A stretch of 24,689 bases of DNA from Candidatus Limnocylindrales bacterium (GTDB lineage: Bacteria > Chloroflexota > Limnocylindria > Limnocylindrales > CSP1-4). The notes below the pieces were generated by a model. It did not search any database. It was given only the letters and a program-made list of their open reading frames with translations, and was not told where the DNA came from. The stretch lies in NCBI GenBank assembly GCA_046716225.1, contig JBKJXL010000028.1, positions 1 through 24,689 on the forward strand, given 5' to 3'. Shown here piece by piece: positions 8,354 to 16,681 of the stretch. The position numbers were made by a program, and so were the translations under genes. Numbering within the stretch: position 1 is the first letter of the stretch; each line of letters begins with the position of its first letter.

Positions 8354-9243
8354 CCAAGGAGGGCGCTCCTTCGCCGTGCGCCGAGCTCGAGGCGCATGCG
8401 CGCCTCGGTCGCTGGCTCGTCATGAGCACCGTTGCAGGAAGCGGCGCCGGCCACGTCGGCGGACCTCTGTCGGCGATGGACATCTGGGTGGCCCTGTTCT
8501 TCCGGGTGTTGAGGATCCGTCCGGAGGAACCCGATTGGGCCGACCGCGACCGCTTCATCCTGTCGAAGGGTCACTCGGCGGTCGGGCTGTACGCGGTCAT
8601 GGCTCAGCGTGGCTACTTCCCGGTTGCCGAGTTGGCGACGTTCGACAGGGGCGACTCTCGATTGCAGGGCCACCCGGACATGACCCGCCTGCCCGGGCTC
8701 GACGCGTCCACCGGATCGCTCGGGCAGGGCCTGGCGGTGGGTGTCGGAATCGCGCTCGGCGCGAAACTCCGTGGCCGCGGCTTCGGCACGTTCGTGATGC
8801 TCGGTGACGGCGAATGCCAGGAGGGCATGGTCTGGGAGTCCGTTCAGGTCGCGGCCAGGTACGGCCTCGGCAACCTGACCGCGATCGTGGATCATAACGG
8901 CCTGCAGCAGTACGGCTGGCCGCTCGGAAACGACCCAAACCCTCGTGGCGACCGAAATGAGCCGTGGCCCGGAAGCAAGCTCCGCGACGTCTTTGAAGCG
9001 TTCGGCTGGCACGTGCTCGAGATCGATGGGCACGACTTCGACGAGATCGTACGCGCGTGTGCGGCGGCCCGCGAGGCAGCATCGGGCAGTCAGCCGACGG
9101 CGATTCTGGCCCGAACGATCAAGGGCCGAGGACTCTCCTTCACGGAGGGGCGCCACGCCTGGCACGCCCGGATCCCCACGCCCGACGAGCTCGAGACTGC
9201 CCGTGTCGAACTGGGCATCGATGCCTCTGGTCAGACCCGATGA
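8350..9243 (+). CDS. Split transketolase, N-terminal (ThDP-binding) subunit, about 297 aa
   Basis: GHVGG, DRDRFILSKGH, LQGHPD, STGSLGQG, GDGECQEG..N motifs; GTG start overlaps the iolD stop (GTGA). Confidence 0.9.
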   Translation: MTKEGAPSPCAELEAHARLGRWLVMSTVAGSGAGHVGGPLSAMDIWVALFFRVLRIRPEEPDWADRDRFILSKGHSAVGLYAVMAQRGYFPVAELATFDRGDSRLQGHPDMTRLPGLDASTGSLGQGLAVGVGIALGAKLRGRGFGTFVMLGDGECQEGMVWESVQVAARYGLGNLTAIVDHNGLQQYGWPLGNDPNPRGDRNEPWPGSKLRDVFEAFGWHVLEIDGHDFDEIVRACAAAREAASGSQPTAILARTIKGRGLSFTEGRHAWHARIPTPDELETARVELGIDASGQTR

Positions 9244-10184
9244 GGTCCCAACGTGAAACCTGGGGCGACACGCTGGCTGAGCTCGGCACGACGAATCCCG
9301 ACATCGTCGTGCTCGACGGGGACCTGGCCAACTCGACCAAAGCGGATATCTTCGCCAGGGCCCACCCGGAGCGCTTCCTCGAGATGGGGATTGCGGAACA
9401 GAACATGGTTGGTGTCGCGGTCGGCCTGGCAACCCTGGGTTTCGTCCCGTGGTTGTCCTCGTTCGCGGTCTTTCTGACCCATCGCTCGCTCGACCAGATT
9501 CGCATGCTCGTCGCCCAGCCGGGGGCGAACGTCAAGATCGGCGCCGCGTACGCCGGTCTGCTCACCGGGCTGACCGGGAAGACCCATCAGGACGTCCAGG
9601 ATCTGGCGAACATGCGGGCCATGCCCGGCATGACGGTGCTCGCGCCCGGTGACGAGGTCGAGTGTGCCGCGATGACCCGCTGGGCGACCGAGTTCACTGG
9701 CCCCGTCTACCTGCGCCTGACTCGCGATCCCACCCCGCCGCTGTTCGATGATTCGTACCGATTCGAACCGGGCCGAGTTCATCAACTGCGCGATGGGCGC
9801 GACGCCCTGCTGATCTCGACCGGTCCGCAGACCGGGCGCTGCATCGAAGCGGCTGCGCTGCTCGAGGCCACCGGCCTGTCCGTCGGGGTCCTCCATGTGC
9901 CGTCGATCAAGCCGATCGACGAGGCCGCCGTTGTGCGAGCCGCCCGTGGGTCGGATCTGCTCGTCACCGTTGAGGAACACAACGTCATCGGCGGGCTTGG
10001 CGGCCTGGTCGCGGAGATTCTCACGACGCGCTTGCCCAGGCGCCTCGTCCGGATTGGGATGGAGGACTCTTGGGGTGAGTCGGCGCCGAACGACTTCCTG
10101 CTCGAGAAGCACGGTCTGTCGGCGTCACGTGTCGCCGAGCGGGTGCTCGTCGAACTCAGGGTCGTTGTCGAGGAGAAGTCGTGA
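9240..10184 (+). CDS. Split transketolase, C-terminal (pyrimidine-binding plus C-terminal) subunit, 314 aa
   Basis: DGDLANST, FLEMGIAEQNMVG, THQ, MRAMPGM, GPVYLRL, TVEEHNVIGGLG; ATGA overlap with the upstream subunit. Confidence 0.9.
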   Translation: MRSQRETWGDTLAELGTTNPDIVVLDGDLANSTKADIFARAHPERFLEMGIAEQNMVGVAVGLATLGFVPWLSSFAVFLTHRSLDQIRMLVAQPGANVKIGAAYAGLLTGLTGKTHQDVQDLANMRAMPGMTVLAPGDEVECAAMTRWATEFTGPVYLRLTRDPTPPLFDDSYRFEPGRVHQLRDGRDALLISTGPQTGRCIEAAALLEATGLSVGVLHVPSIKPIDEAAVVRAARGSDLLVTVEEHNVIGGLGGLVAEILTTRLPRRLVRIGMEDSWGESAPNDFLLEKHGLSASRVAERVLVELRVVVEEKS

Positions 10185-11023
10185 ACAGAGAGCCGATCCG
10201 TCATCTCGCCTCGGGACCCGGGACCGGTACGGTCCTGGAGATCACCCCGGAGTCGATCGGATGGAAGTACATCAGCTCCAGCGTGGTGGCCCTTGGCGCG
10301 GGTCGGCGACACGAAGGGGACACCGGGCTCAACGAGGTCGCGATCGTCCCGCTTGTCGGGACCGCCGTCTTCGAATTCGCGGGGCAGACCCACACGGTCT
10401 CGCGCCGCGACGTCTTCACCGAGATGCCGCACGTGGCCTACCTGCCACCTCGGACGGCCTACACGATCACAGCGGTCGAGGCGTTTGAGTTCGCGTCGGG
10501 CGGCGTACCGGCCGAAGGGCGCCTCCCGGCGCGGCTCTTCACACCCGATGAGCTGCCGAGCTCGCTCCGCGGCGGCGTGAATGTCAGCCGCGGCGTGACC
10601 GGGACCCTCGACCTGAGTCTCCCGGCGGAACGCCTGCTCGCCTACGAGATCGTGACCCCGAGCGGGAACTGGTCGAGCTTTCCACCTCACCGCCATGACG
10701 GCACGAACGGGACCACCTATCACGAGGAGACGTACTACTTCCGACTCCAGCCTCGTGACGGCTTCGCGATCCAGCGGATTTACTCGCCCGAGAGCGAGCT
10801 CGACCTGTCGTTCTGCGCGCGAGATGGTGATCTCATCCTTGTCCACGAGGGGTACCACACGGTGGCGACCGCTCCAGGGACCAACGCGTACTACCTCAAC
10901 TTCCTCGGTGGCGACGTTCGCCCGGTGAGCCAGTACATCGACCCAGCCTACGCGTGGGTGGCCCAGGACTGGGAAGGTAGACCAGTCGGGATCCCCGTCG
11001 GAGGTCGTCGGGCCGCGGACTGA
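10181..11023 (+). CDS. iolB: 5-deoxy-glucuronate isomerase, 280 aa
   Basis: GNWSSFPPHRHD, HEETYYFR, QRIYS, GYHTVATAPG..YYLNFL cupin motifs; GTGA overlap. Confidence 0.9.
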   Translation: MNREPIRHLASGPGTGTVLEITPESIGWKYISSSVVALGAGRRHEGDTGLNEVAIVPLVGTAVFEFAGQTHTVSRRDVFTEMPHVAYLPPRTAYTITAVEAFEFASGGVPAEGRLPARLFTPDELPSSLRGGVNVSRGVTGTLDLSLPAERLLAYEIVTPSGNWSSFPPHRHDGTNGTTYHEETYYFRLQPRDGFAIQRIYSPESELDLSFCARDGDLILVHEGYHTVATAPGTNAYYLNFLGGDVRPVSQYIDPAYAWVAQDWEGRPVGIPVGGRRAAD

Positions 11024-11077
11024 CGGCCGATCATCGGCCCGGACGATCTTCCCGAAAACATCGATGTTCCCGAAATG

Positions 11078-11106
11078 TTGACGGGCGTGAGGTCGGATGC
11101 TACCGT
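11078..11106 (+). promoter_or_regulatory. Sigma70-like promoter for the aminotransferase-lacI-ABC operon
   Basis: TTGACG (11078-11083), 17-nt spacer, extended -10 TGcTACCGT ending at 11106; nearly identical to the promoter at 6410. Confidence 0.7.
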
Positions 11107-11110
11107 CCCC

Positions 11111-11126
11111 TGCAATCGGTTGCGCA
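11111..11126. promoter_or_regulatory. LacI-type operator, copy 2 (TGCAATCGGTTGCGCA)
   Basis: Identical to copy 1; 4 nt downstream of the -10 box. Confidence 0.85.
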
Positions 11127-11143
11127 GCGGAGGAAGGGCACGC

Positions 11144-12376
11144 ATGCCAGGACCAGGTCTCGATCTGCTCGGGTCGGAGGAGCTGGCCGAGGTCGCCGAG
11201 GTTCTGGCGAGTGGCCACCTCGCGCGGTATGGTCCCGACGACGACTCCTTTCCAGCCAAGGTGCGTCGGTTCGAGGAGCTCGTCGCCGAGCTGTCCCGGA
11301 CGAAGTACGCCCTGGCTCTCAACTCCGGCACGAGCGGCCTGTTCCTGGCCCTCGTCGGGCTCGGGATCGGACCAGGGGACGAGGTCATCGTGCCCGGCTT
11401 CACGTTCGTCGCCACGATCAGCTCGGTCATCTACGCGCGTGCCCGGCCGGTCCTCGCCGAGATCGATGACTCATTCAACCTCGACCCAAGGGACGTCGAG
11501 ACGCGCATCACGCCGCGGACGCGGGCGATCATCGTCGTCCACATGCTGGGCAACCCGGGGCGACTCGATGAGCTCAAGGTGGTCGCGGCACGGCACGGCC
11601 TCGCGCTCATCGAGGACGCCGCACAGGCCTTTGGCGCCACCTATCGCGGTCGCTGGGTCGGCGGTCAGGCGGAGGCCGGGGTCTACAGCTTCAACGAGTT
11701 CAAGACCATCACCTGCGGCGATGGCGGGATGCTGGTCACGGACGACGAGGACCTCTACAGGCGCGCCTTCGCCATGCACGACCAGGGACACAGCCCCAAC
11801 CGGCGCGGGATCGAGGTCGGCAATCGACCCTTCCTCGGGCTCAATTTCCGGATGACCGAGTTGCAGGGCGCGGTGCTGCTTGCCCAGGTGCGCCGGCTCG
11901 ACCGGATCCGGGACCACCTGCGGGCGAATCGCGATCTGGTCAAGGGCATCATCGGGGAGATCCCGGGGGTCGGCTTTCGGACGCTTCCGGATCCGGCAGG
12001 AGACCTCGCCACGCACCTCGTCGTCCTCTTTCCGGACGCCTCGACGGCCCGCGCGGTGACCGCGGAGTTGGGATCGATCACCCTGGCGTCATCGGGCTGG
12101 CATGTGTACAACCACATGGAGCACGTGCTGAGCGAACGGACCATCACCGGGCGCGGCTGTCCCTTTGACTGCGCTTGCACGGATGACCAGCCGACCGGAT
12201 ACCGGCCCGGGATGCTGCCCGAGACTGATCGGCTGCTTGACCGGTCGATGAGCTTCTCGATCGGCGTCCAGGATCCGAACCTCGCGCCGTTCGGCCTGCG
12301 GATGCGTGACGGCGCGGACGTCGCCCGCGCTCGGGCGGAGCAATTCCGCGCTGTCGCGTCACGCGTCCTGGCCTAG
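11144..12376 (+). CDS. DegT/DnrJ/EryC1/StrS family PLP-dependent aminotransferase, 410 aa
   Basis: NSGTSGL, GDEVIVPGFTFVAT, IEDAAQA (PLP Asp), SFNEFKTITCGDGG (Schiff-base Lys), GLNFRMTE. ATG 11144 follows GGAGGAAGG. Confidence 0.92.
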   Translation: MPGPGLDLLGSEELAEVAEVLASGHLARYGPDDDSFPAKVRRFEELVAELSRTKYALALNSGTSGLFLALVGLGIGPGDEVIVPGFTFVATISSVIYARARPVLAEIDDSFNLDPRDVETRITPRTRAIIVVHMLGNPGRLDELKVVAARHGLALIEDAAQAFGATYRGRWVGGQAEAGVYSFNEFKTITCGDGGMLVTDDEDLYRRAFAMHDQGHSPNRRGIEVGNRPFLGLNFRMTELQGAVLLAQVRRLDRIRDHLRANRDLVKGIIGEIPGVGFRTLPDPAGDLATHLVVLFPDASTARAVTAELGSITLASSGWHVYNHMEHVLSERTITGRGCPFDCACTDDQPTGYRPGMLPETDRLLDRSMSFSIGVQDPNLAPFGLRMRDGADVARARAEQFRAVASRVLA

Positions 12377-12393
12377 GACAGAGGCAGACCCTG

Positions 12394-13449
12394 ATGGCAG
12401 TCCGCGACGCCGCGCCGCATCGCCGGGTCGTCCTCGACGACGTCGCGCGGATGGCCAAGGTCTCGAGATCGACGGCGTCCCGCGCACTCGTTGACGATCC
12501 CCGGATCAGCGAGCCGACGCGCACCGCGGTTAAGCATGCCGCCAGCGAGCTCCAGTACGTTCCGAACGCGGCCGCTCGCAGCCTTCGTGCTCAACGGACC
12601 CGGATCCTCGGTCTCCTGCTGGCCAACTTGAGCGACCCGGTCCACGGGCAGATCGCCGCCGCGTTCGAGCAGGAGGCGGAGGCCGGCGGCTATCGGGTGA
12701 TCTTTGCCGCCGGCCTCCAGGACCCAGCGCTGGAGCGCAAGACCCTCAGCATCTTCACCGAACACGCGGCTGACGGAGTCGCGATGGTCTCCTGCGTCCT
12801 GGCTCCGAGCGAAGCCCGGGCGCGCGTTCGGCCCGACCGGCTGATCATCGTCCAGCCCGATCATCGCAGGGTGCAGCGGTACCGCGGCCCGCTCGTGCCC
12901 GGCGTGATCATGACTGACGACGCCAGCGGGGTCGAGGCGGTCGTCGATCACCTGGTGGCGACCGGTCACCGCGATATCGCCTACGTCGGAAGCGGCGCTC
13001 GCGCGTCGAGCACGGTGCATCGGGAAGCCGTCGGGCGAGCCCTCCAAAAGCATGGCATTCGTCCCCAGCTCGACCGCTTCCCGAGCCCGGACGACGCCTG
13101 GCGCGCTCCGGATGCCATCGCGACACTGATCGCCGCCGATCTGCCGGAGGCGCTGATCTGCTACGAGGACGTGCAGGCGCTCGCCCTGATGGACGCGTTG
13201 CGGCGCCTTGGCATCCAGACGCCCGACGATGTCGGCATCGTCGGCTTTGACGGAATCCTGTTCGCCGAGATGTCCAACCCACGCTTGACGACCGTGGCGA
13301 CCCCGCTGGCCGAGCTGGGGCGACTTGCGGCCTCGTCGCTGATCGGCGCCATCCAGACGGGGACGCTGCCCGAGGCCAGGGTCCTCCCAGTGCAGTTGGT
13401 CGTTCGCGAGAGCACGCGGTCGCGCGTCGCCCGGGAAGGCGAGGCGTAG
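12394..13449 (+). CDS. LacI family transcriptional regulator, 351 aa
   Basis: N-terminal HTH LDDVARMAKVSRSTASRAL, hinge YVPNAAARSL, C-terminal PDDVGIVGFDG..LTTV..LVVRES. Confidence 0.95.
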   Translation: MAVRDAAPHRRVVLDDVARMAKVSRSTASRALVDDPRISEPTRTAVKHAASELQYVPNAAARSLRAQRTRILGLLLANLSDPVHGQIAAAFEQEAEAGGYRVIFAAGLQDPALERKTLSIFTEHAADGVAMVSCVLAPSEARARVRPDRLIIVQPDHRRVQRYRGPLVPGVIMTDDASGVEAVVDHLVATGHRDIAYVGSGARASSTVHREAVGRALQKHGIRPQLDRFPSPDDAWRAPDAIATLIAADLPEALICYEDVQALALMDALRRLGIQTPDDVGIVGFDGILFAEMSNPRLTTVATPLAELGRLAASSLIGAIQTGTLPEARVLPVQLVVRESTRSRVAREGEA

Positions 13450-13452
13450 CGC

Positions 13453-14550
13453 GTGCCCGAGTCGCAACCCGCCATCGAGCTGATCGACGCGACCAAGCGC
13501 TACGGCGATGTCGTGGCACTCGACGGCGTCTCGCTCCAGATCGAACCGGGCGAGTTCTTCTGCCTCCTTGGACCGTCCGGCTGCGGGAAGACGACCACCC
13601 TCAACCTGATCGGTGGATTCCTCCCGCTGACGTCGGGCGAACTGCATATCGAGGGACGCCGGGTGAACGACCTGCCGCCCCACAAGCGCAACGTCAACAC
13701 GGTCTTCCAGAACTACGCCCTGTTCCCGCACATGAACGTCGCCCAGAACGTCGCGTTCGGGTTGCGAATGGCGGGCCTCGGCAAGGACGAGGTCGCCCGA
13801 CGGGTCGAGGAGTATCTGGACCTGGTCGGGCTGCTTGGCCACTCGGAGCGGTCACCGTCACAGCTCTCGGGCGGGCAGCAGCAGCGCGTCGCCCTGGCCC
13901 GTGCGCTGGCCAAACGGCCGGCGGTCCTCCTCCTCGACGAGCCGCTGGGCGCCCTCGACCTCAAGCTGCGTCACCAGATGCAGTTCGAGCTGGCCAGGAT
14001 CCACCGCCAGGTCGGGACGACCTTCGTGTTCGTGACACACGACCAGGAAGAGGCGCTCTCGATGTCCACCCGGATCGCCGTGATGTCGGGCGGCCGGGTC
14101 AGCCAGGTCGGCACCCCCCGCGAGATCTACTACAACCCCGTGGACCGCTTCGTGGCCGACTTCATCGGCGAATCGAACTTCCTCGCAGGTGCCGTCAGGC
14201 ACGAGGACGGCAGGCCCTGGTTCGTGCTCGAGAGCGGGGAGCGGATGCCCATCCCGGACGGGGCCGTGGAAGGACCGGCCACCGTGATGCTCCGGCCGGA
14301 ATCGCTCGTCGTGGGACCGGTCGGCAGCGCGCCCGGGCCGGCCATCACGGGCCGGATCCAGGGCATGGCGTTCATGGGCAATCACACGCGAGTCACAGTC
14401 AGCACGGCGGCGGGCGCCCTCGTCGTGCATCGACTCCACGGAGGCGGCGCAGGGCTTGGAGGTTCCGAGGGACAGATCGATGAGGAGGCATGCGTCTGGT
14501 GGTCACCCACGGAAGCGATCGTGATGGCAGAAACGGGAGCGAGGAGGTAA
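13453..14550 (+). CDS. ABC transporter ATP-binding protein, PotA/CysA type, 365 aa
   Basis: Walker A GPSGCGKT, VFQNYALFPHM, LSGGQQQRVALARAL, LLLDEP, FVTHDQEEAL, TOBE-like tail. Confidence 0.95.
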   Translation: MPESQPAIELIDATKRYGDVVALDGVSLQIEPGEFFCLLGPSGCGKTTTLNLIGGFLPLTSGELHIEGRRVNDLPPHKRNVNTVFQNYALFPHMNVAQNVAFGLRMAGLGKDEVARRVEEYLDLVGLLGHSERSPSQLSGGQQQRVALARALAKRPAVLLLDEPLGALDLKLRHQMQFELARIHRQVGTTFVFVTHDQEEALSMSTRIAVMSGGRVSQVGTPREIYYNPVDRFVADFIGESNFLAGAVRHEDGRPWFVLESGERMPIPDGAVEGPATVMLRPESLVVGPVGSAPGPAITGRIQGMAFMGNHTRVTVSTAAGALVVHRLHGGGAGLGGSEGQIDEEACVWWSPTEAIVMAETGARR

Positions 14551-14552
14551 CG

Positions 14553-15740
14553 ATGGATCCCATGGCTCGGAACAGGAACCTGACCCGGCGTCGTTTCCTG
14601 CAGGCGACGGCGGGAATCGGTGGTGTGGTCGCGTTCGGTGGCCTTGCGGCCGCGTGCTCGACCGGTGGCACCGGTACCAGTGCGGTGCCAGGTGCCAGCG
14701 CCGCGGCCGGCAGCAGCGCCGCGGCCGGCAGCAGCGCGGCGGCCGCGAGCCCAAAGGGCACCTTCAACTGGATGACCTGGAGCGATCACTACTACGAGGA
14801 GCAGCTCGCCGATATTGCGTCCACGAAGGAGATCAAGACCAGCGTCACCGAACTTGCCGACAACGCCGAAGGCTTCACCAAGGTCAAGGAGGTCGGCGGG
14901 CAGCTCGACATGATCTCGGGCGACGCGCTGTGGGTGCCGAAGTACTTCGAGGACGGGCTCATCGAGGCCTGGGACATCAACGAACTCCAGGTCGCGACGC
15001 AGCTCTACTCGATCGCTCGCGAGTTCGCCATCTGGACGAAGCCGGAGGGCTATCTCGGCTACCCGTTCGGGTGGTCGCCGGTCCAGCTCTACTACAACCC
15101 GAAGTTCGTCACCCCGACGCCCGACTCATGGGAGGTGCTGCTCGACCCCAAGTACAAGGGCCACATCGTCGTTGAGAACCAGCCCGTCGAGATCGTGGCC
15201 TACATGGCCAAGCTCGCCGGCGCGAAGGATCCGTACAACATGACCGCGGACGAGCTCGCCAAGGCGAGGGACCTGTTGACGCGCCTCAAGCCGAACCTCC
15301 TCAAGCTCACCCAGCAGAACACCGAGACGATCACCGCGCTGGTCAACGAGGAGGCCTGGATCGCAACCGGCAACCTGGGCGCCGAGGAACGGGTCAAGGA
15401 GGCCGGCGGACCCGAGGTGCTGGGCTTCACCCCGAAAGAGGGCACCGTCGGCTGGATGGACGCGGAGATGCTGGTCAAGGGCGGCAAGAACAACAACCTG
15501 CTCAAGCCCTTCCTGGAGGTCGCCGAGCAGGCGCCATACATCGCCGAGAACTTCATCAAGTACGGTCGCCCGCTGTTCAACGAAGCCGCCTACAAGCTGC
15601 TCGTCGACAAGGGCCAGAAGGACCGCGCCGACCGCTTCCTGTACAACAAGCCGGAGACGGTCCTGGCGATGACGCTCAAGGGCCCCGGGTCGTCGACCCA
15701 GGGCGCGATCGACGCCTTCAACGAGGTCTTCGGGGCCTAG
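14553..15740 (+). CDS. Tat-exported lipoprotein substrate-binding protein, PotD/PotF-like, 395 aa
   Basis: TRRRFL twin-arginine signal, LAAAC lipobox, WMTWSDHY, PDSWEVLLDPKYKG, PKEGTVGWMD; GAGGAGG SD before ATG 14553. Confidence 0.85.
   Translation: MDPMARNRNLTRRRFLQATAGIGGVVAFGGLAAACSTGGTGTSAVPGASAAAGSSAAAGSSAAAASPKGTFNWMTWSDHYYEEQLADIASTKEIKTSVTELADNAEGFTKVKEVGGQLDMISGDALWVPKYFEDGLIEAWDINELQVATQLYSIAREFAIWTKPEGYLGYPFGWSPVQLYYNPKFVTPTPDSWEVLLDPKYKGHIVVENQPVEIVAYMAKLAGAKDPYNMTADELAKARDLLTRLKPNLLKLTQQNTETITALVNEEAWIATGNLGAEERVKEAGGPEVLGFTPKEGTVGWMDAEMLVKGGKNNNLLKPFLEVAEQAPYIAENFIKYGRPLFNEAAYKLLVDKGQKDRADRFLYNKPETVLAMTLKGPGSSTQGAIDAFNEVFGA
14697..14750 (+). repeat. 18-bp tandem repeat, 2 exact copies plus 1 degenerate (SAAAGS linker)
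   Basis: AGCGCCGCGGCCGGCAGC at 14697 and 14715; AGCGCGGCGGCCGCGAGC at 14733. Confidence 0.85.
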
Positions 15741-15760
15741 CCGCCAAGTACACCCGCATC

Positions 15761-16681
15761 ATGTCCCGTCTCACCGTCCAGCGTGAGCTGCCCGCGCCGC
15801 TCGTCCAACTCGGGCGGGCGGCCCGGATCGACCGCCTATGGCGACTTGCGCCGGCCATGCCGGGAGCGGTGGCGCTGGTCCTCCTGTTCCTCGCGCCAAT
15901 GGCCTTCATGCTGGTCTTCAGCTTCTGGCGGACGGACGTCGACTTCAACCTGGTTCCGGACTGGAACCTGAACAACTACCTCAAGTTCTTCACCGTCCCG
16001 ACCTACATCCGGACCTTCCTCAAGACGATGCTGATGGCGGCTGCCGTCACGGCGGCCGGGCTCGCCGCCGCCATTCCTTTCACCTATTTCCTTGTCCGCT
16101 ACGTCAGCCGTCGATGGCAGCGCCTGGTCCTGCTGGCGGTCATCGTGCCGTTCTGGACGAGCTACCTGCTGCGCGTCTACGCGTGGCAGGCGATCCTGGG
16201 TGAGCGGGGCGCGCTCAACCAGGCCCTCCAGGCCCTCGGCATCCTCGACGAACCCTCGCGCCTGTTCGTCTACAACGACGTCGGGGTGTTCATCGTCCTG
16301 GTATACGTCTACTTCCCATTCGCGGCGCTCGCGCTTTACGCGGCGATGGAGAAGTTCGACTTCAGCCAGCTGCATGCGGCGCAGGACCTGGGAGCGCGGC
16401 CGGACCAGGCGTTCCGGCACATCCTGGTGCCGCAGATCCGGTCGGGGATCATCACGGCCAGCATCTTCATGTTCATCCCAATCCTGGGCGAGTTCCTGAC
16501 GCCGACCCTCGTCGGCGGCGTCCAGGGTTCGCTGATCGCGAATCTCGTCGTCAACTTCTTCCGCGGGGCGCAGATCGCCCAGGGTGCGGCCTTCGCGATC
16601 ATCATCGCCCTGTTCGTCACCGCGCTGCTGGTCGTCTTCCGCAAGTACCTGCGGATCGAGGACGTGGTCGCCCGTGGCTAG
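15761..16681 (+). CDS. ABC transporter permease, PotB-like, 306 aa
   Basis: Hydrophobic helices; VPFWTSYLLRVYAW, EAA-like loop LHAAQDLGARP, FIPILGEF. Confidence 0.92.
   Translation: MSRLTVQRELPAPLVQLGRAARIDRLWRLAPAMPGAVALVLLFLAPMAFMLVFSFWRTDVDFNLVPDWNLNNYLKFFTVPTYIRTFLKTMLMAAAVTAAGLAAAIPFTYFLVRYVSRRWQRLVLLAVIVPFWTSYLLRVYAWQAILGERGALNQALQALGILDEPSRLFVYNDVGVFIVLVYVYFPFAALALYAAMEKFDFSQLHAAQDLGARPDQAFRHILVPQIRSGIITASIFMFIPILGEFLTPTLVGGVQGSLIANLVVNFFRGAQIAQGAAFAIIIALFVTALLVVFRKYLRIEDVVARG

Noticed and set aside
11144-12376. Aminotransferase as part of an O-antigen or antibiotic biosynthetic cluster
   Set aside because: No nucleotidyltransferase, glycosyltransferase, cyclase, export or resistance genes in the window; neighbours are uptake and ring-cleavage genes.
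12373-13842. 489-aa minus-strand ORF, and similar long antisense ORFs (9782..11218, 21224..22360, 22296..23837)
   Set aside because: Each lies opposite well-supported genes and shows no family motifs.
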